Shown piece after piece: positions 1-13,600 of a stretch of 64,000 nt of DNA. The position numbers were made by a program, and so were the translations under genes. The notes below the pieces were generated by a model, which searched no databases, was not told where the DNA came from, and saw only the letters and a program-made list of their open reading frames with translations. This DNA comes from Paragordius varius (Eukaryota; Animalia; Nematomorpha). The first letter of the stretch is position 1. Each line of letters begins with the position of its first letter. Where the stretch lies: contig OZ176056.1 in NCBI GenBank assembly GCA_964247055.1, positions 7,192,001 to 7,256,000 of the forward strand, read 5' to 3'.

Positions 1-2086
1 CCTTAAAAAAATTGTTTTGGAATATTTTTGTTATTTTTATTTTCCTCACATGCTTCTCATTGTTTCATAACAACATAAAGCCGCAATTTTCAAACGCTTA
101 TACAGAAAAAACCAGCAAAACTCCAAAATTATGAAATTCCCATTACATTACGTTTTAAAAATGTTTATATACTATTAAATTTTATTTATAAAATTTTGTA
201 AATACCTAATTATAGATATTTTGATATAAAAAACGCTTAAAATTCTATTGAATAAAAATCAACTCCATTTATCAGTTTTTCAATATATATAATCGTAATA
301 ATTGTTTTGGACTTTTGTATTTACAATTTTAATAAAGTTTCTGGTGGATTATTTAAAAATGTCCGAATAATTTTGGTTCAGGATAATCTATTTTGTAACT
401 AAAATTATTTGAAGTAAATATACGTGAAACTCAATCTACCATTGATATTATTCTTTACAAATAGAATTTTACTTGATAAGCTAAATATAGTGTATAGCAG
501 GTACCTATTTGTAGAAAATAAAGCAATTTATATTTCTGATGCTGCCTTCTACATATCAAAAGGTCTTTAATTAAAATTGTTATGTGATTAAATAATATAT
601 AAACATTTATCCAAAGTAATATAATGGGAATTTAATTATTTTGGAGTTTTGCTGGTATTTTCTGTATCCGCATTTGAAAATTGCCACTTTACGTTGTTAT
701 GAAACAATGAGAAGCATGTGAGGAAAATAAAATAAAAATAACGAAAATATTCCGAAAAATACAAATTTTTTGAGAGACCAAAAAGATACATAGCCTTTAT
801 TAGACATACCACTTTGGTATGTTTACTATAAGTCGTAAACTTAATAAATAATAACAACATGGAATTTTGCAAATAATTTTTTTTAAACATATTTTGACAA
901 TGTCATAAAATTTACAAATTTCTATTTTTTGTGGAATTAAAAAATTATTATTATTTAAAAATAATTTTATGTATTTTCTTAAGAATATATTAGGTATGTA
1001 ATATATAAAAGTTATCGTGTTTGCTCAATAAATATGGACAATATATTTCTACTCAAGAAAAAATGGAAAATTTCTATTTTGGGGTGCATTTTTGCCCTTA
1101 AATTTTTGGGGTCTCATTTTCCAAGGGATTTCTTATTATTCTAGATAAAACTCATGTTCGTTTATTTTTTTGTGCAAGCTATGTTAATATGTATTTAATC
1201 ATATGTATTTAATTCAAACAATTGACAGATTTCCTTAGAAATAGTTTAAATTAAACATAAAAAAACAGTAGCAGGTATCCTTTAAACTTATATTTTTATG
1301 AATAGTAATTCAACCCAGAAAAATGCTAAAATATATCGTTATAAATGAATGAGAAGATTATTTTTTTATAATTAATGATGATAAATATAATTGTTTGATA
1401 TTTTATTTTGGCTTTGCCAAAAAAGCAATTGTTAAAACCACAAATAAACTATTGAAAGAGCAGCTAAATGCTCAGAAACACTGCATTCTGAATATAGCAA
1501 AAATCAAATTGAAACACAAAAAAGCTTAATCCCATCTATAATTACAATTAATATCATCGACATTTTTAAAAGCAAGATTTCAGATTACGTCAAATGAGAA
1601 AAATGTTTTATATCATTGTTTTTTAATTGATTTGCAATGTGCATTCTAGATATGGCATCAAAAGCAAGAAGATGCGATATTAGTCCTTAAATTTGTGGAT
1701 ATGAATAATTTTTTTCTCTAAATTAGATATATTTGTAGTAAAAATCATCTAAATTTTTCTAGAAATGCACGTCTTAACCATCTTACATCTTTATATTAAC
1801 TAATTCACTATGTCTATATTAATTCCTTTTTAAGCTCCGGCGCGACAGTTTTTTCGATTTGATGGAATTTACACTCTTGATACCCATTATTTAAAACATG
1901 GTATACAGTCATAAAATCCGGTTTAGAAAGATCTTTGCCAAAAGCTATAAATCCTATTCAGTAATGATCTAAAATTCATCGCAAGATACAGTTAGTTAAT
2001 TGGAAATTTAATAAATTGAATAATCCAAAGGTTTTATATTTGTACTGATTGTGGCAACCATTGGTCTTCTGTAAACATTATTTATG

Positions 2087-2133
<47 letters not shown>

Positions 2134-3304
2134 TTATTACTTAATAATTATATTTCAGGGTATTCATTTTGTAATGTACTGTGTTAGTCACTCGATTCCG
2201 TATATATATATATGCATCATTTGTGCTAAAATTCTATATGAATCTTTTAATGCCTAATATACGGGCTCGTGAGAAATTCAAAAAGTAGACCGGGAAAAAA
2301 GATTGGCCATCCCTGATATATAGGGTATCCGATTGTGCAAAATAAATATAAGGAAACAAATATTGTACAGTAAATTAGCTTATTACATTATTTTATAAAA
2401 ACTTGTTTAACAGAGCCTTAAAGGATCTAATAGAGTAAAAATGAATACTATACAGATTAATAAAAACAAAAAGACAAATATTTTTTGCTTAAAGACAGAA
2501 CCTATCCTATCTTTTTGTGATTTAGACAACACAGTAGGAAAGTGGGAACCCAGTAGTAGATTAAATGCAGTAAACATATAATTATACGGACAAACTATAC
2601 AAATTAAAAGATAAAAAAACAAGTTAATTATTATTCTAAAATTGTAGTTAGATAATTTATATGTATTGTCATTAATATTTGTCTTTTAATTTGTATAGTT
2701 TTCTGTATATTCAAAATGTTTAGTGTAATTAATCTACTACTGGTTGATCCAACCTTTCCGCCGTGTTTATCACATTTTAACCTAAACCTTTAAGATTTAT
2801 CGAAAACATTTAAAGTGCTCTTATGATTAAATAAATAAACAGCCCCTATAAATTTATTAGCTATCGCTCAGTTTTCCAATTTTAAATAAGGCTCATATTA
2901 TTGTTTTAAGTGAAAAACAATTACCCACAATTTTTATTTTGTGCGTATTAACATTATAAAAAATATTTTGTAACATTTTTTATTATTTTTGTAAAGTTAT
3001 TATTTTTATTTTATTTAAAATTAATTAAATTTTAATCAATTTTTTATATTTAAGTCGTCATAGTGTGGATAACATCATCGGCCTCTTATCTGCGGGGTCC
3101 ACTATACACTACAAATTTGACTTTGACTTAAATATAAATATTTTTAAACGTTTAAAACTCAAAGGTATTATTGCTCTTTTGAGCATTATGCTCATTGTAT
3201 TTATTAAATAAATATTAATTAATATGATCCGTAGTTATATATTTAAATCGATTTTGTTCGCAAAATTGGTTGTGATCTATGGTAGGGGCGCCTAATTTAT
3301 AATA

Positions 3305-3644
3305 TACCTTATACAATTAAAATTCACCTTTAAACAATTCAAATATACCCTTGAACAATTCAAATTCACCCTTTCAAATTCATTTTTAAAGAAATAATTG
3401 TTTTTCAAAATTAAAGAAATAATTGTTTTTCAAAATTAAATATTACCTCTATTTTTATTTTTTTTAAAAAATAAAATTTTGTTTTAAAAATAATACTGAA
3501 AAATATAAATTATGCTATAAGATATATTTACTATTAATAATGATTTTATTAGTTCAAAAACACATTTACCCTTAGGGTGAATTTGAAATTCGAATTGTTC
3601 AAGGTTGAATTTGTGTTCAAGGGTGAAATGGGGCTGTAAATTAT
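3305..3644. mobile_element. MITE family B, degenerate copy
   Basis: TTCAAATTCACCC arrays and inverted GGGTGAATTTGAA arrays. Confidence 0.7.
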
Positions 3645-4287
3645 ATTACATGGGAAAATAAAATTTATACTGATACAATAAAAATCGAAATTATACGCAC
3701 AAAACGTAAAAATATAAAGACAAATATATTTTTTTAATACAACCATACTTAAATTTCAATTTTCGAAAATTTTAATAATTGTTAGAAATTGCAAATGGAG
3801 TAGAGATTACTTGGTAACACAATCAATCATATATTTTATAATCGTAAATAGCATTTATATGGGAAAAAATTAAATTTAAAAAAGTGTGGTTACTTTTTAG
3901 AAAAAAATATTTGTCTTGATATTTTTACGTTTCTGTTTGTATAATTTCAGCTTTTACTGTAAAAGTTAAAAACTAAATAGACATATATTTTAAAAAACAA
4001 TCTTATATTTGAACCCTTGATTTTTCCTTCATATTATATAATTTAAATTTCAAATATATAATTTAAATTTACATCTTTATTCCCTATTTTTTGATCCAGA
4101 ATCATGATTTATATTTGATTAAGATTTTTTAAACAGAGTCCTTTTTTAAAAAATTAAAGTTCTTTTACGCCTTTTCCTTTAATATCATTTTGTAAAATAA
4201 AGCTTCAAAATTGATTGTGATGCATAACAATATTTTAACCATCGAATTTAATGTGAAATTTAAATTAAAACTGTTTGAGTTATAAAG

Positions 4288-4472
4288 CAGTGTGGTGCTC
4301 AAAAAAACTTAAAGGGCCGCAAAACAAATATGTATTATGTCTCAACCGAGCACAAAATAATACCGATAAAAATTTCTAAATTGTTTGACACTTTTGCAGA
4401 TATTTATTCTCAAAATAAAAAAAATAATGCCATTAAAAACCACTTTTAGGGCCGCGGTTCGAGTGTCACGTA
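4288..4472. mobile_element. Degenerate hAT-type MITE
   Basis: CAGTGTGGTGCTCAAA..GGGCCGCA at the left and GGGCCGCGGTTCGAGTGTCAC at the right; no clear TSD. Confidence 0.5.
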
Positions 4473-4720
4473 TTAAATGGAAAAACCAAGACGGTAATCT
4501 ACGGAATTTTCGCGTTTTGTCTATTTATTTGTAACATAAGACTCATTCCAATATATATTTGTAGTGTTATATTCCTAATCAACATTTTTTAATTTAAATT
4601 TATAAATAAAGCATCTATAATACATTTTTATAAACTAATTTTAAGAAAACAATAAAAAATCAACACACTAATCACGACTAACCGTCTTTTCATAATATAA
4701 TTAAATTATTTATTAATCTA

Positions 4721-6135
4721 CTGTGGTACTGACCAAAAAAATTTGACGGGCCAAATAAAATATATTTTTTTCGAGGGCCATGAATGACAATATTTCCTAG
4801 CTTTTTGACACATATGCACATATATATACTCGAAATCAGCACAATAAATTTTTTGCGGATCGTATGTAATTCCAGCTAAAAACTCGTTTTGCACCATTTA
4901 TTTTAAAAAATTAAAATATTTTGATAACAACATTTATTTTGATATTAACCAATAATTTTTGACAAATTTGGTTTCGCCTCATGACAGGCCAATCTTAATA
5001 CGTCGTCCTATGATCATCGGTTAAGCGATTTCATGTATTCTTGGCATACTTCATTTCTGAATATGCCGTCTCGCACGCGTAAGAGGGAAAAAGAGTTAGG
5101 ATAACTTGAGCACATTTTATTATGCATTCATATTTTAGCACATCTTGTGACTCTACATATCTTTCTTTCCTCCTTGATATAGCCTCCAAATTGGAATCAT
5201 TTTTAAAATCTATGAATTTTTCAATGATATGCGCCTGATAAAAACCGAATGCTCCAGGTGCTTAATATTGTATATATCCAAATGCCATTTCAACGAACTT
5301 AAAAATTTTTTGATATTTTTTAATTCTTGAAATCAATTTCATCTCATAGGATGCAAATGTTAAATGATTGTCTATTATTAAATTAATAAGCGGTAAATTC
5401 TATATTTTCTTTATGAATCGTTCTAAGTGTTGGAATATATAGGAGTGTTTTAATTTATACTTGTTTATGTATTATTAATTTTTCTTAAAAAGCAAATATT
5501 TGATTAGCAAATTGGCTTATTATATTCCACCCTTGAAGACTTGTATTAAAAATACCAAGTATATAAATAATGTCGCAAAGGAAGGCTAATAAACCCCATA
5601 TTTGTCACTATTACTTGTCAAACTTTCTGTTATCTTTTATAAGTAATAGAATCTCATGTCTTATAACAAAAAATCTATTTAATACTTAGACTTAGCCATC
5701 TCACTGCGGTGTACAAATTATCATCAAACTCACTGTGAATATCTTACAGAAGGTTTTTGAATTTACGGCGGTTGAATTCTTTTCCACGGATGTGGTTAAT
5801 TATATCCACAACCGTTTTAATTACTGTTGAGTGATTCATTTTTTACACGCGAAACCAAGTTTTGCTAATGAATATAGCAGTGAAAAGATAAAATATTTTG
5901 CAAATTATAATTGTTTTTTCAAAGACGATTTAATCCTTTGTTTATTCCAATCATAAAGGGACAGCCATCTCTACAGATTGAAACCAATTTTTTTATATAT
6001 ATGCCATTATTATCGTAAAAGGTGCTAATTCTTTCGAGAAAATCATTTTCTTTCGTGGCATTATTCATTGGTAAAAATTTTAAATCATCGTTGATTATGT
6101 TGTCGTTGCAAAATTTCACGAAGAGCGCACAAAAA
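4721..6135 (-). mobile_element. hAT transposon 3' half with decayed transposase (GTF2IRD2/SPIN/Buster-like)
   Basis: Minus-strand relics KLVSICRDGCPFMIG, HCYIH, AVRWLS, FPSYACETAYSEMK..RLTD; terminus CTGTGGTACTGACC. Confidence 0.85.
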
Positions 6136-8690
6136 ATATTTAAGTGTCGCCGCATCCCGATACCGTTAAAAGAAAAAGTCGACTCTGAAATTAAGAGACT
6201 TTTAGAAGCGGAAATATTCAAACCATTAGACCCTACGACTGAGATACTAAGTTGGGCCTCCCCTATTGTTTGTATAACAAAAGCGAATGGTTCTCTAAGG
6301 TTATGTGCAGATTATCGTATTTCAACAAATCCACACCTAGTAGATGACAGTCATAATATACCGACATTTGACGAATTAGTTTCCAAAATAGGATTGGGAG
6401 AATCATTTTCGGTAATCGATTTGAAAGACGCATATCTGCAATTGCCAATAGATCAAGAAATCAAAAGTTATTAACAATTACCACACCCCTAGGGTATTTT
6501 ACATATAAAAGGCTTCCCTTTGGCCTAACAAGCGCCCCCTGCATTTTTCAAAGATTAATTGATAAGATTTTAGGTGACTGCCCAGGAACAGCTGTATATT
6601 TAGACGATATTTTAATAACAGGAAAAAACCGAAACGAACATAAAAGAAACTTAGAAAAGGTACTTAAGCGTTTAGACGATTCTGGTTTAAAATTAAGTAA
6701 AAGCAAACTAAAACTTTTTCAACCGTCTGTAAGTTATTTGGGATATGTAATATCAAAAAACGGCATATCACCAGGTGCCGATAAAGTGGAAGCCATACAA
6801 AACTTCCCAAGACCCGCGGATAAAACAACACTCAAGTCCTTTTTAGGCTTACACTATTCCTCCCGAAATTGAATGGAAGTTTGGCTATACTTCACGACCT
6901 AAGCAGTTAAAAAAAAACCCTGGATATGGACCAAAAACCACGAGGACTGTTTTAACAGAGCCAAAAAATTAATATGTCATACTGTCAAACTAACTCCGTT
7001 CAACCCTGGCTTACCTATAATAATCGAAACAGACGCCTCGAATAAAGGGTACGGAGCAGTGTTACTACAGTCCACGCAAGAGGGCATAAATAAACTGATT
7101 GCCTACGCATCTAGAAAGTGGTCCTAGCCCGAAGAAAATTATTCAGTGATAGAAAAGGAATCACAAGCCATACTTTTCGCTTTTGAAAAATTTAGAAAGT
7201 TCATTACGGGAAAAAAGTTTGAACTGCGTACTGATCACAAACCACTAAAAGAGGTGTTTGGAAATAATCGTAAATTAGACCAAATAAATAATTAATATTA
7301 CATCCATTCCACAGTTTTAGAAATGAAATTGAAAATACATACGGGTTATTATATTGGCATGATAGATTAATAATTCCCGAATCTCAAAAAATAATTATCT
7401 TACAATTATTACACGTCGGACACCCCGGATTCAAAGCAATGTACGAACAAGCAAAACAAATAGTCTTTTGGCACAATATGGAAAGCGACATAAAAAAGTG
7501 GGTAGATACGTGTAAAAAGTGTCAAGAAAACCGTCCGAGGCGAAAACTGAATCCCACATACAATTGGAACACGAATACAGCAATATGGGAGAGATTACAT
7601 CTAGATATAGCAGGCCCGATAGACAATTATTATTGGATAGTTCTTATTGACAGTTATTCTCGTTGGGTCGAAGTTAAACTATCGAAAATGATATCGACCA
7701 AAAATATCTTAAATTTCCTAGACGAATGTTTCAGTCGATATGGATCTCCAAGAATGATAGTAACCGACAACGCGTCTTACTTTACATCTGAGGAGTTTAA
7801 AAAAGTCATGGAAACGGGAAACATTAAACATGTAACATCAGTTCCGTATCATCCAAAAACTAACGTATTGGTGGAACGAGTAATATATACCCTAAAAACA
7901 CATTATCGGTCAGCAGAAGACGATGACCCACATTCAAAAATAATAACATGCTTTGGGGATACCGCACTAACATACACAGTGCTACAAATATATGTCCCGC
8001 TCAACTTTTTCTAAAACGTATCCTACCCAATCCAATCATATGGCTACAATATGAACAAACAGACTTCTTAGACGATGTACATCATAATCACGAATACCAT
8101 GAAAACGAAAAAGTATACATAAAAAATGAACTATCGAATGGTTGGCGAGAAGGAATTGTAAATAAACGACTCGGATTACTCTCATATGAAATACAAGATG
8201 ATAACAAAATCATCCGAAAACACGCAGACCAACTGAGACCAAGGGAAGGAGGCGAAAAATAAGGGGTAAGACAATTTCACCCGAAGAAACTCCACCATCG
8301 CATGACCTATATGTTAGGTACCCTACGGCCGCGATTGAAGACCCGACCTTACCTCCGCCTCAACCCTCAGAACCCATCATTAAACTGTCATCCCAAACAC
8401 CCACTATAGCACCTAAAACTGACACTCATACAGAACGGCGATACCCTACACGAGTCCGACACCCACCAGATAGATATCAAGGACAGGGAAAGAGTGATGT
8501 TAAGTTAGATCCTACCGTCATAGACACAAACGCACCTATATAATTGTAAACAATTATAACACCTTGTGATACACCTAGTTAATGTTATTTGTAGCTTCAA
8601 GCAAAATAGCTAGTATATAATTGCTGTATTATAATATCACACACACATGTTTTTGATTTCTATTATTTAATAAATTTCTGTTTTAATACA
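6135..8690 (+). mobile_element. 5'-truncated, decayed Ty3/Gypsy LTR retrotransposon (RT, RNase H, integrase, PPT, 3' LTR 8498-8690)
   Basis: WASPIV..KANGSLRLCADY, IDLKDAYLQ, YLDD, ETDAS, integrase HLDIAGP/TDNA/PYHPKTN; PPT GGACAGGGAAAGAG followed by a TG...CA LTR; frameshifts and stops. Confidence 0.92.
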
Positions 8691-9165
8691 TCGTTACTTC
8701 TACTATTCTGGGTTATATAGCTTTACTTCCATTAAGTATTAAGGTATTTTTTCGAATAACCCATGACACGATGGTCTTAAAGATGATTCCAAATATTTTC
8801 CCTATAAGGCATAAATTTAACTTAGCGTTTTTTCTACATAGGCCTAGGATAGGGGTCTACCGGTTTAGAACTGAGACGCCATACAAAAATGACGTGGCTT
8901 TGGAGATAATTTTCAAAAAACCTAATAAGCCATACAAGTTAATTAAAGGCTTTCAATATTATCCATAAAAAGGTAAAAATTATAGTATAGGGGTTTTTTT
9001 CCGTTAGCCGTCATTTTGGGACCTTTACACCAGTAACCAAATAATTCACATATGTGTATTATTTTGTTAATCTCTTTTTTCAAATAGCCCCCCCAGAAGT
9101 CCGAAGGACTTCTTCGGGGTGCGTAGGCACGAGATTTATGCTAGTTATTTAATAAGATATTTATT

Positions 9166-9411
9166 TCACACAGGAGGAGGTACGTGGGCTATATAATTCA
9201 TTAAATTAAGAATGAGATCATAGAAATTATCATTGGGCCAGGTGGGGTGTGGTAATGAACATGCTTCCATTATGGCATTTATTTCACTCCATAGAGCTGT
9301 TAGAAATCCCGATTTTATTTCATTATTTTCATCAATAACATTACTATTGTGGTTTAATGTTTGAGCATTTTGAGTTAATGATAAGTTTTTTGTAGCATAT
9401 AAGGTGTATGC
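9166..9411 (-). CDS. NUP188: Nup188 terminal exon 15, not in the ORF track
   Basis: ACTTAG|GCA acceptor; 82 codons AYTLY...FLTALWSEINAIM...PPPV*; AATAAA directly after the TGA. Confidence 0.7.
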   Translation of the reverse strand, partial: AYTLYATKNLSLTQNAQTLNHNSNVIDENNEIKSGFLTALWSEINAIMEACSLPHPTWPNDNFYDLILNLMNYIAHVPPPV

Positions 9412-10650
9412 CTAAGTTAGTAAATAAAAGAATAGAAGATGTTAATGAAAAATATAGACCGCCTCAGAATGCGATTTCGGATAAATGATTGAAAATTACA
9501 ACTTTAAAATATAAAATTTAATATAATACTATTGTGTGTAATTAAAAAATAAAATTTCTATTTTTGGAGCTATTCTGACAAACTAATGAATATATGTAAA
9601 TGGACACTTAAACTCAAATGTTTAAATATAAATTAGGGTTTTATATTGATATTAGTAAAGTGTATGATAATCAGTATAATATAAATTTATAGATATGTAA
9701 AATCTCATTATGAGGAGGGCCGCCCCAACAATATTAAGCAACACCGATAATGTTAAAAAATCAAATCTAACACACATAAAATCAATTTCCACAAGGGGTT
9801 TTAGAGCCTTCAAAGTCAAGTAAAGAGAAAATTTTTTATTATCTACCTGTGATACCAAAATATACATGGTAAGATCCAAACACAAATGGACTCTTTTACC
9901 ATAAGCTTTAAGTTGTTGTTGATAATGGTTTGTTTCAGTGAGGGATTCAACCGCGTTTTTGTCATCTTTCGCGACAGAACTGCGGGGATCAATTGACATG
10001 CTTCGAAGAATTAAACTTTTACGCTTTTCAGTAAACGGGGATGATCTGGAATGACAGAAATATATTATAAACATATATATATATATATATATATATATGG
10101 AGTATTCAATTTTAGGGTAAAAATAAATTTTTTGGATAAAAAAATCATTGGCTTTTAGAGTCCGAAAAATTAGTCTCCTGATGCATATAAGGAAATATAC
10201 GCAAAAGAAAAAAGTTAACTGTTTTTTTTAAAAAATCGGTAACATTTTGTCTATAAATATTTAAAACAAAAAGATTTGCGTATTGGATAGCATAATACTT
10301 ATTTACATTATGACTTGACAGACATTCATAAATAAAACGTTTAAATTAATCAAGAAATTTCAAAATGCCCTAATATATATATATATATATATGGGTTATC
10401 ATAAAGAACCATAAATGTCTAATAAGCGTTTTAAACATAAATAAAAGTTTAACAGAATTATTGAATATAATAGTCGTATTTTTATATCAATTATACGTTT
10501 TAAATTAGTAAAAGATATGGCCTCATCGACAATTTCTATTACGCATGAAACCAGGTTATTATTTATTAGATATGGCAATTCTCCATCCTTATTTGGATTG
10601 CTTTAAGACACGCTATGTGAAGTATAGGTGCAATATTATTCGGTAATTTT

Positions 10651-10692
<42 letters not shown>

Positions 10693-13600
10693 TTTCATCC
10701 AAAAAAAATGATTTTGTATTTTATGTTTAGCCCTGTTTAATTTGAATTATTTTCAGGTCTTTAATAAAGTCGTACATGGTATATGGATAAGGTATACAAC
10801 ATTAACAAAGAAAGCCTTTCCACAATTCATTATAAAATTATTAAACAATCTCTCAACATAAAAATCAATCAAAAAAGCAGTCATTATTAAAACTTTAGCA
10901 GACCCAGCCAAAAACTAAATAAAGAAAAGGAAGTTAGTTAAGGTTCTGTACTATCTCTATCATTCAATTGATATTGGTGTATCAGAAAAGGAGGCTAGAC
11001 CATCACTAACTTGCATTTTGTCAATGCTGACATAACAATTTTCATGCCAAAACAAAAGAAAAAACCAATTACGACTCTCAATATAATAATATAACATTAA
11101 ATGGAGAGAGGGGTCTGAAAATCAACCCTAAAAAGTGTGACTTATTAATACAACTGGAAGGAAGAAAGAAATACTCGATTAGAACAACAACATAACTTAT
11201 TTTGGAGAAAATATAACCATAAATGGCACCTCTAGAGAAAATATTGATAGAATAATAGCAATGGTAAAAAATGCAACGAAATTAAATTTAATTCATTCCA
11301 TTCTTAAATATAAAAGATTTAACTCTATGTTTTTCCAATAAGCACTAACGTTCTTTGACCAATAATTGGGTTTATGCTGGAGATACATTGGGAATATAAG
11401 ATAGATTAATATATTAGAGTGAATTGAGCCCAAACAAAGTCTAAAAAATTCATAGCCAGCAACTCAAATTCTTTCGCCATGTGATGAGAACCATTAACAT
11501 AGAAAACGTGAAAGTCTTATAATATATATATCTGATAAAAGAAATTACAGCACATTCAATCCATCAACTAGCAGAGATATGCATTAGAAAAAACACTATA
11601 ATCGAAGTTGTATCTACTGGCCCAAAGTTTGTATTTAAACTATGAGATTACCATCATCATCAATATCATACTTTAAATGTCAAAAAAGAAGTTTAAATAT
11701 TATTAAAACAAAGTTTTATAATAAAAGAGATTTTCCCATAAATATAAAGTGGAGCTTAAGTGAAAAGCTAGTTCAAAAATGATATCTATATATATAGTAA
11801 ACGAAAATTTATCTCGTTTTTCACTATAATGTAATAAAACAATAATACCTTCGTCTTAATGACCCGTGAGGCGATTGAGATGTCTTAACGCTGGAACCAA
11901 ATTTACTATGGTTTAATTCTGTAATTATATGTGTAAAAATGAAAGTTAACAACAGTAAAAAAACAAAACCTAATTAAAGATAATATCTTTTATTTTTCAG
12001 CAAAGACTTCGGGAAAAAACTATAAATTAACCCTAATAGAAAAGTATCTAAAAACTTTTATATGATTTAATTTTAAAAAAGGACAATTATTACCCCTGGC
12101 ACCCATATCTAATAGTTCTAATTCTTTTGCCATTGTTTTTAACAGTGTAGTCAAGTCACCAAATGTAAAGGAGTTATTTTCTGATGCATAAATTGACACT
12201 TTTTCTGACACTTCTATATTCCCAGGTTTACTATTTTGGCGATCAAACGAAGTAGATTGTGGCAATAAGTGAGGTGCTTCGAGAGATATCTTTATTATTA
12301 TTATGATTTAAGTAAAACTATTATAACTATCAACAACTATTTCTAATATACCCAAAAATTAATCATATAAAATAAATGATATAGAATTAAGATATATATA
12401 ATAATAATAATGTTACAAATGTTAGTTAAAATGGCGAGAAAAATATTTCAAAAAAATTATATTAACTTTTTTTAATTAAAAAAACGGTTTACCCCTAGCA
12501 TAAGATATGGCTTGTTTGGACTGTTTTCAAAGGCAGAACCATACAAGTCTGGCAATATTGATTTGAGATTGAATGTAATTGTTTTTACGATACAAAGATA
12601 ATACATTAACAATTCAATTAACCTATATCAAAATATATAGATATTAACATATACCATTTGCACACTCCAAGAATGTCCCTGAACATTTCAAGTTGGTCCT
12701 TACAACATTTCAATACCTGGACACCAAGTTAGACCTTAAACACTTCAAGTTCGTCCTTGAACATTTCAAGTTGGTCGTTCGACTTTTTTGTTTTATTTTT
12801 AACTTTGATCAATCAAACAGTGTATCATTCATTTATATTATCATTATTCACCCATTCTCTTGATTTAACCTTAACTAAATCAAAATCAACTTTTAATCAT
12901 TCAGAAACGTATTTTTCTATTAATTTCTCAAAAAATATTTTAATATAATTAAAATTACATACCGAAAAATATATAATTCTGGGCTATTAACTTTTCCGTT
13001 AAAAAGATTTATAAGAATAATGAATTTAAAAAAAAATATACAAAATAAACTGGATAAATGAAGATTATTAATTTTAAAAAATAAATATATAGTTAAAAAA
13101 TAATAAAAACATGTAAAAAAAATGGTTAAATTCAAACTTAAAAAATTTAAGGACCAACTTGAAATGTTTAAGAATTAACCTGGAGTTTTCAGGGCAATCT
13201 TTAAGCGAAAATGGTATATTAAATTTCCCTTCAATTTAAAATTAATACTGGAACATTTCCGAAAAAAATTTCATTTGTGGGCTAAATTAACTTAAATTGA
13301 TATTAATATTAGTTTATATTTATTATTATTCCACATTATTTTACATAAGTATATATATTTAATAAAAAATTTCAGGAATTCAAAGTGAGCTTAAAATCTA
13401 TATATATATATATATTATTTTAAAATAATAAAATAAAACTCAACTGGTTCTATATAACAAATATATGAAAGATTCAACAACCAATCTTTAATATCAATAT
13501 GAATTAATTTGGTCCCGTGATACATATGTATAGGAGAAAATTAAAGTGTAAATAATATAAAATTAGAGCCAAAAAATTTTATGATTTTTTGTGGGCAAAA

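Noticed and set aside
636-3746. Short F/I/L/K-rich ORFs (636-, 2407-, 3549-) and similar ones at 21105, 22344, 35772, 49618-56379
   Set aside because: Their composition is what AT-rich non-coding or repeat DNA gives, with no recognisable domain
10507-10600. Exon-like open stretch (NPNKDGELPYL...IEIVDEAISFTNLK) in Nup188 intron 13
   Set aside because: Its splice phases do not repair the 13/14 mismatch and no homology is recognisable
12290-12352. Longer exon 13 with a non-canonical TG acceptor and an in-frame TAA
   Set aside because: The canonical TAAAG| acceptor at 12289 gives an in-phase join (YLMLG|ISLEAP) that fits NUP188 better
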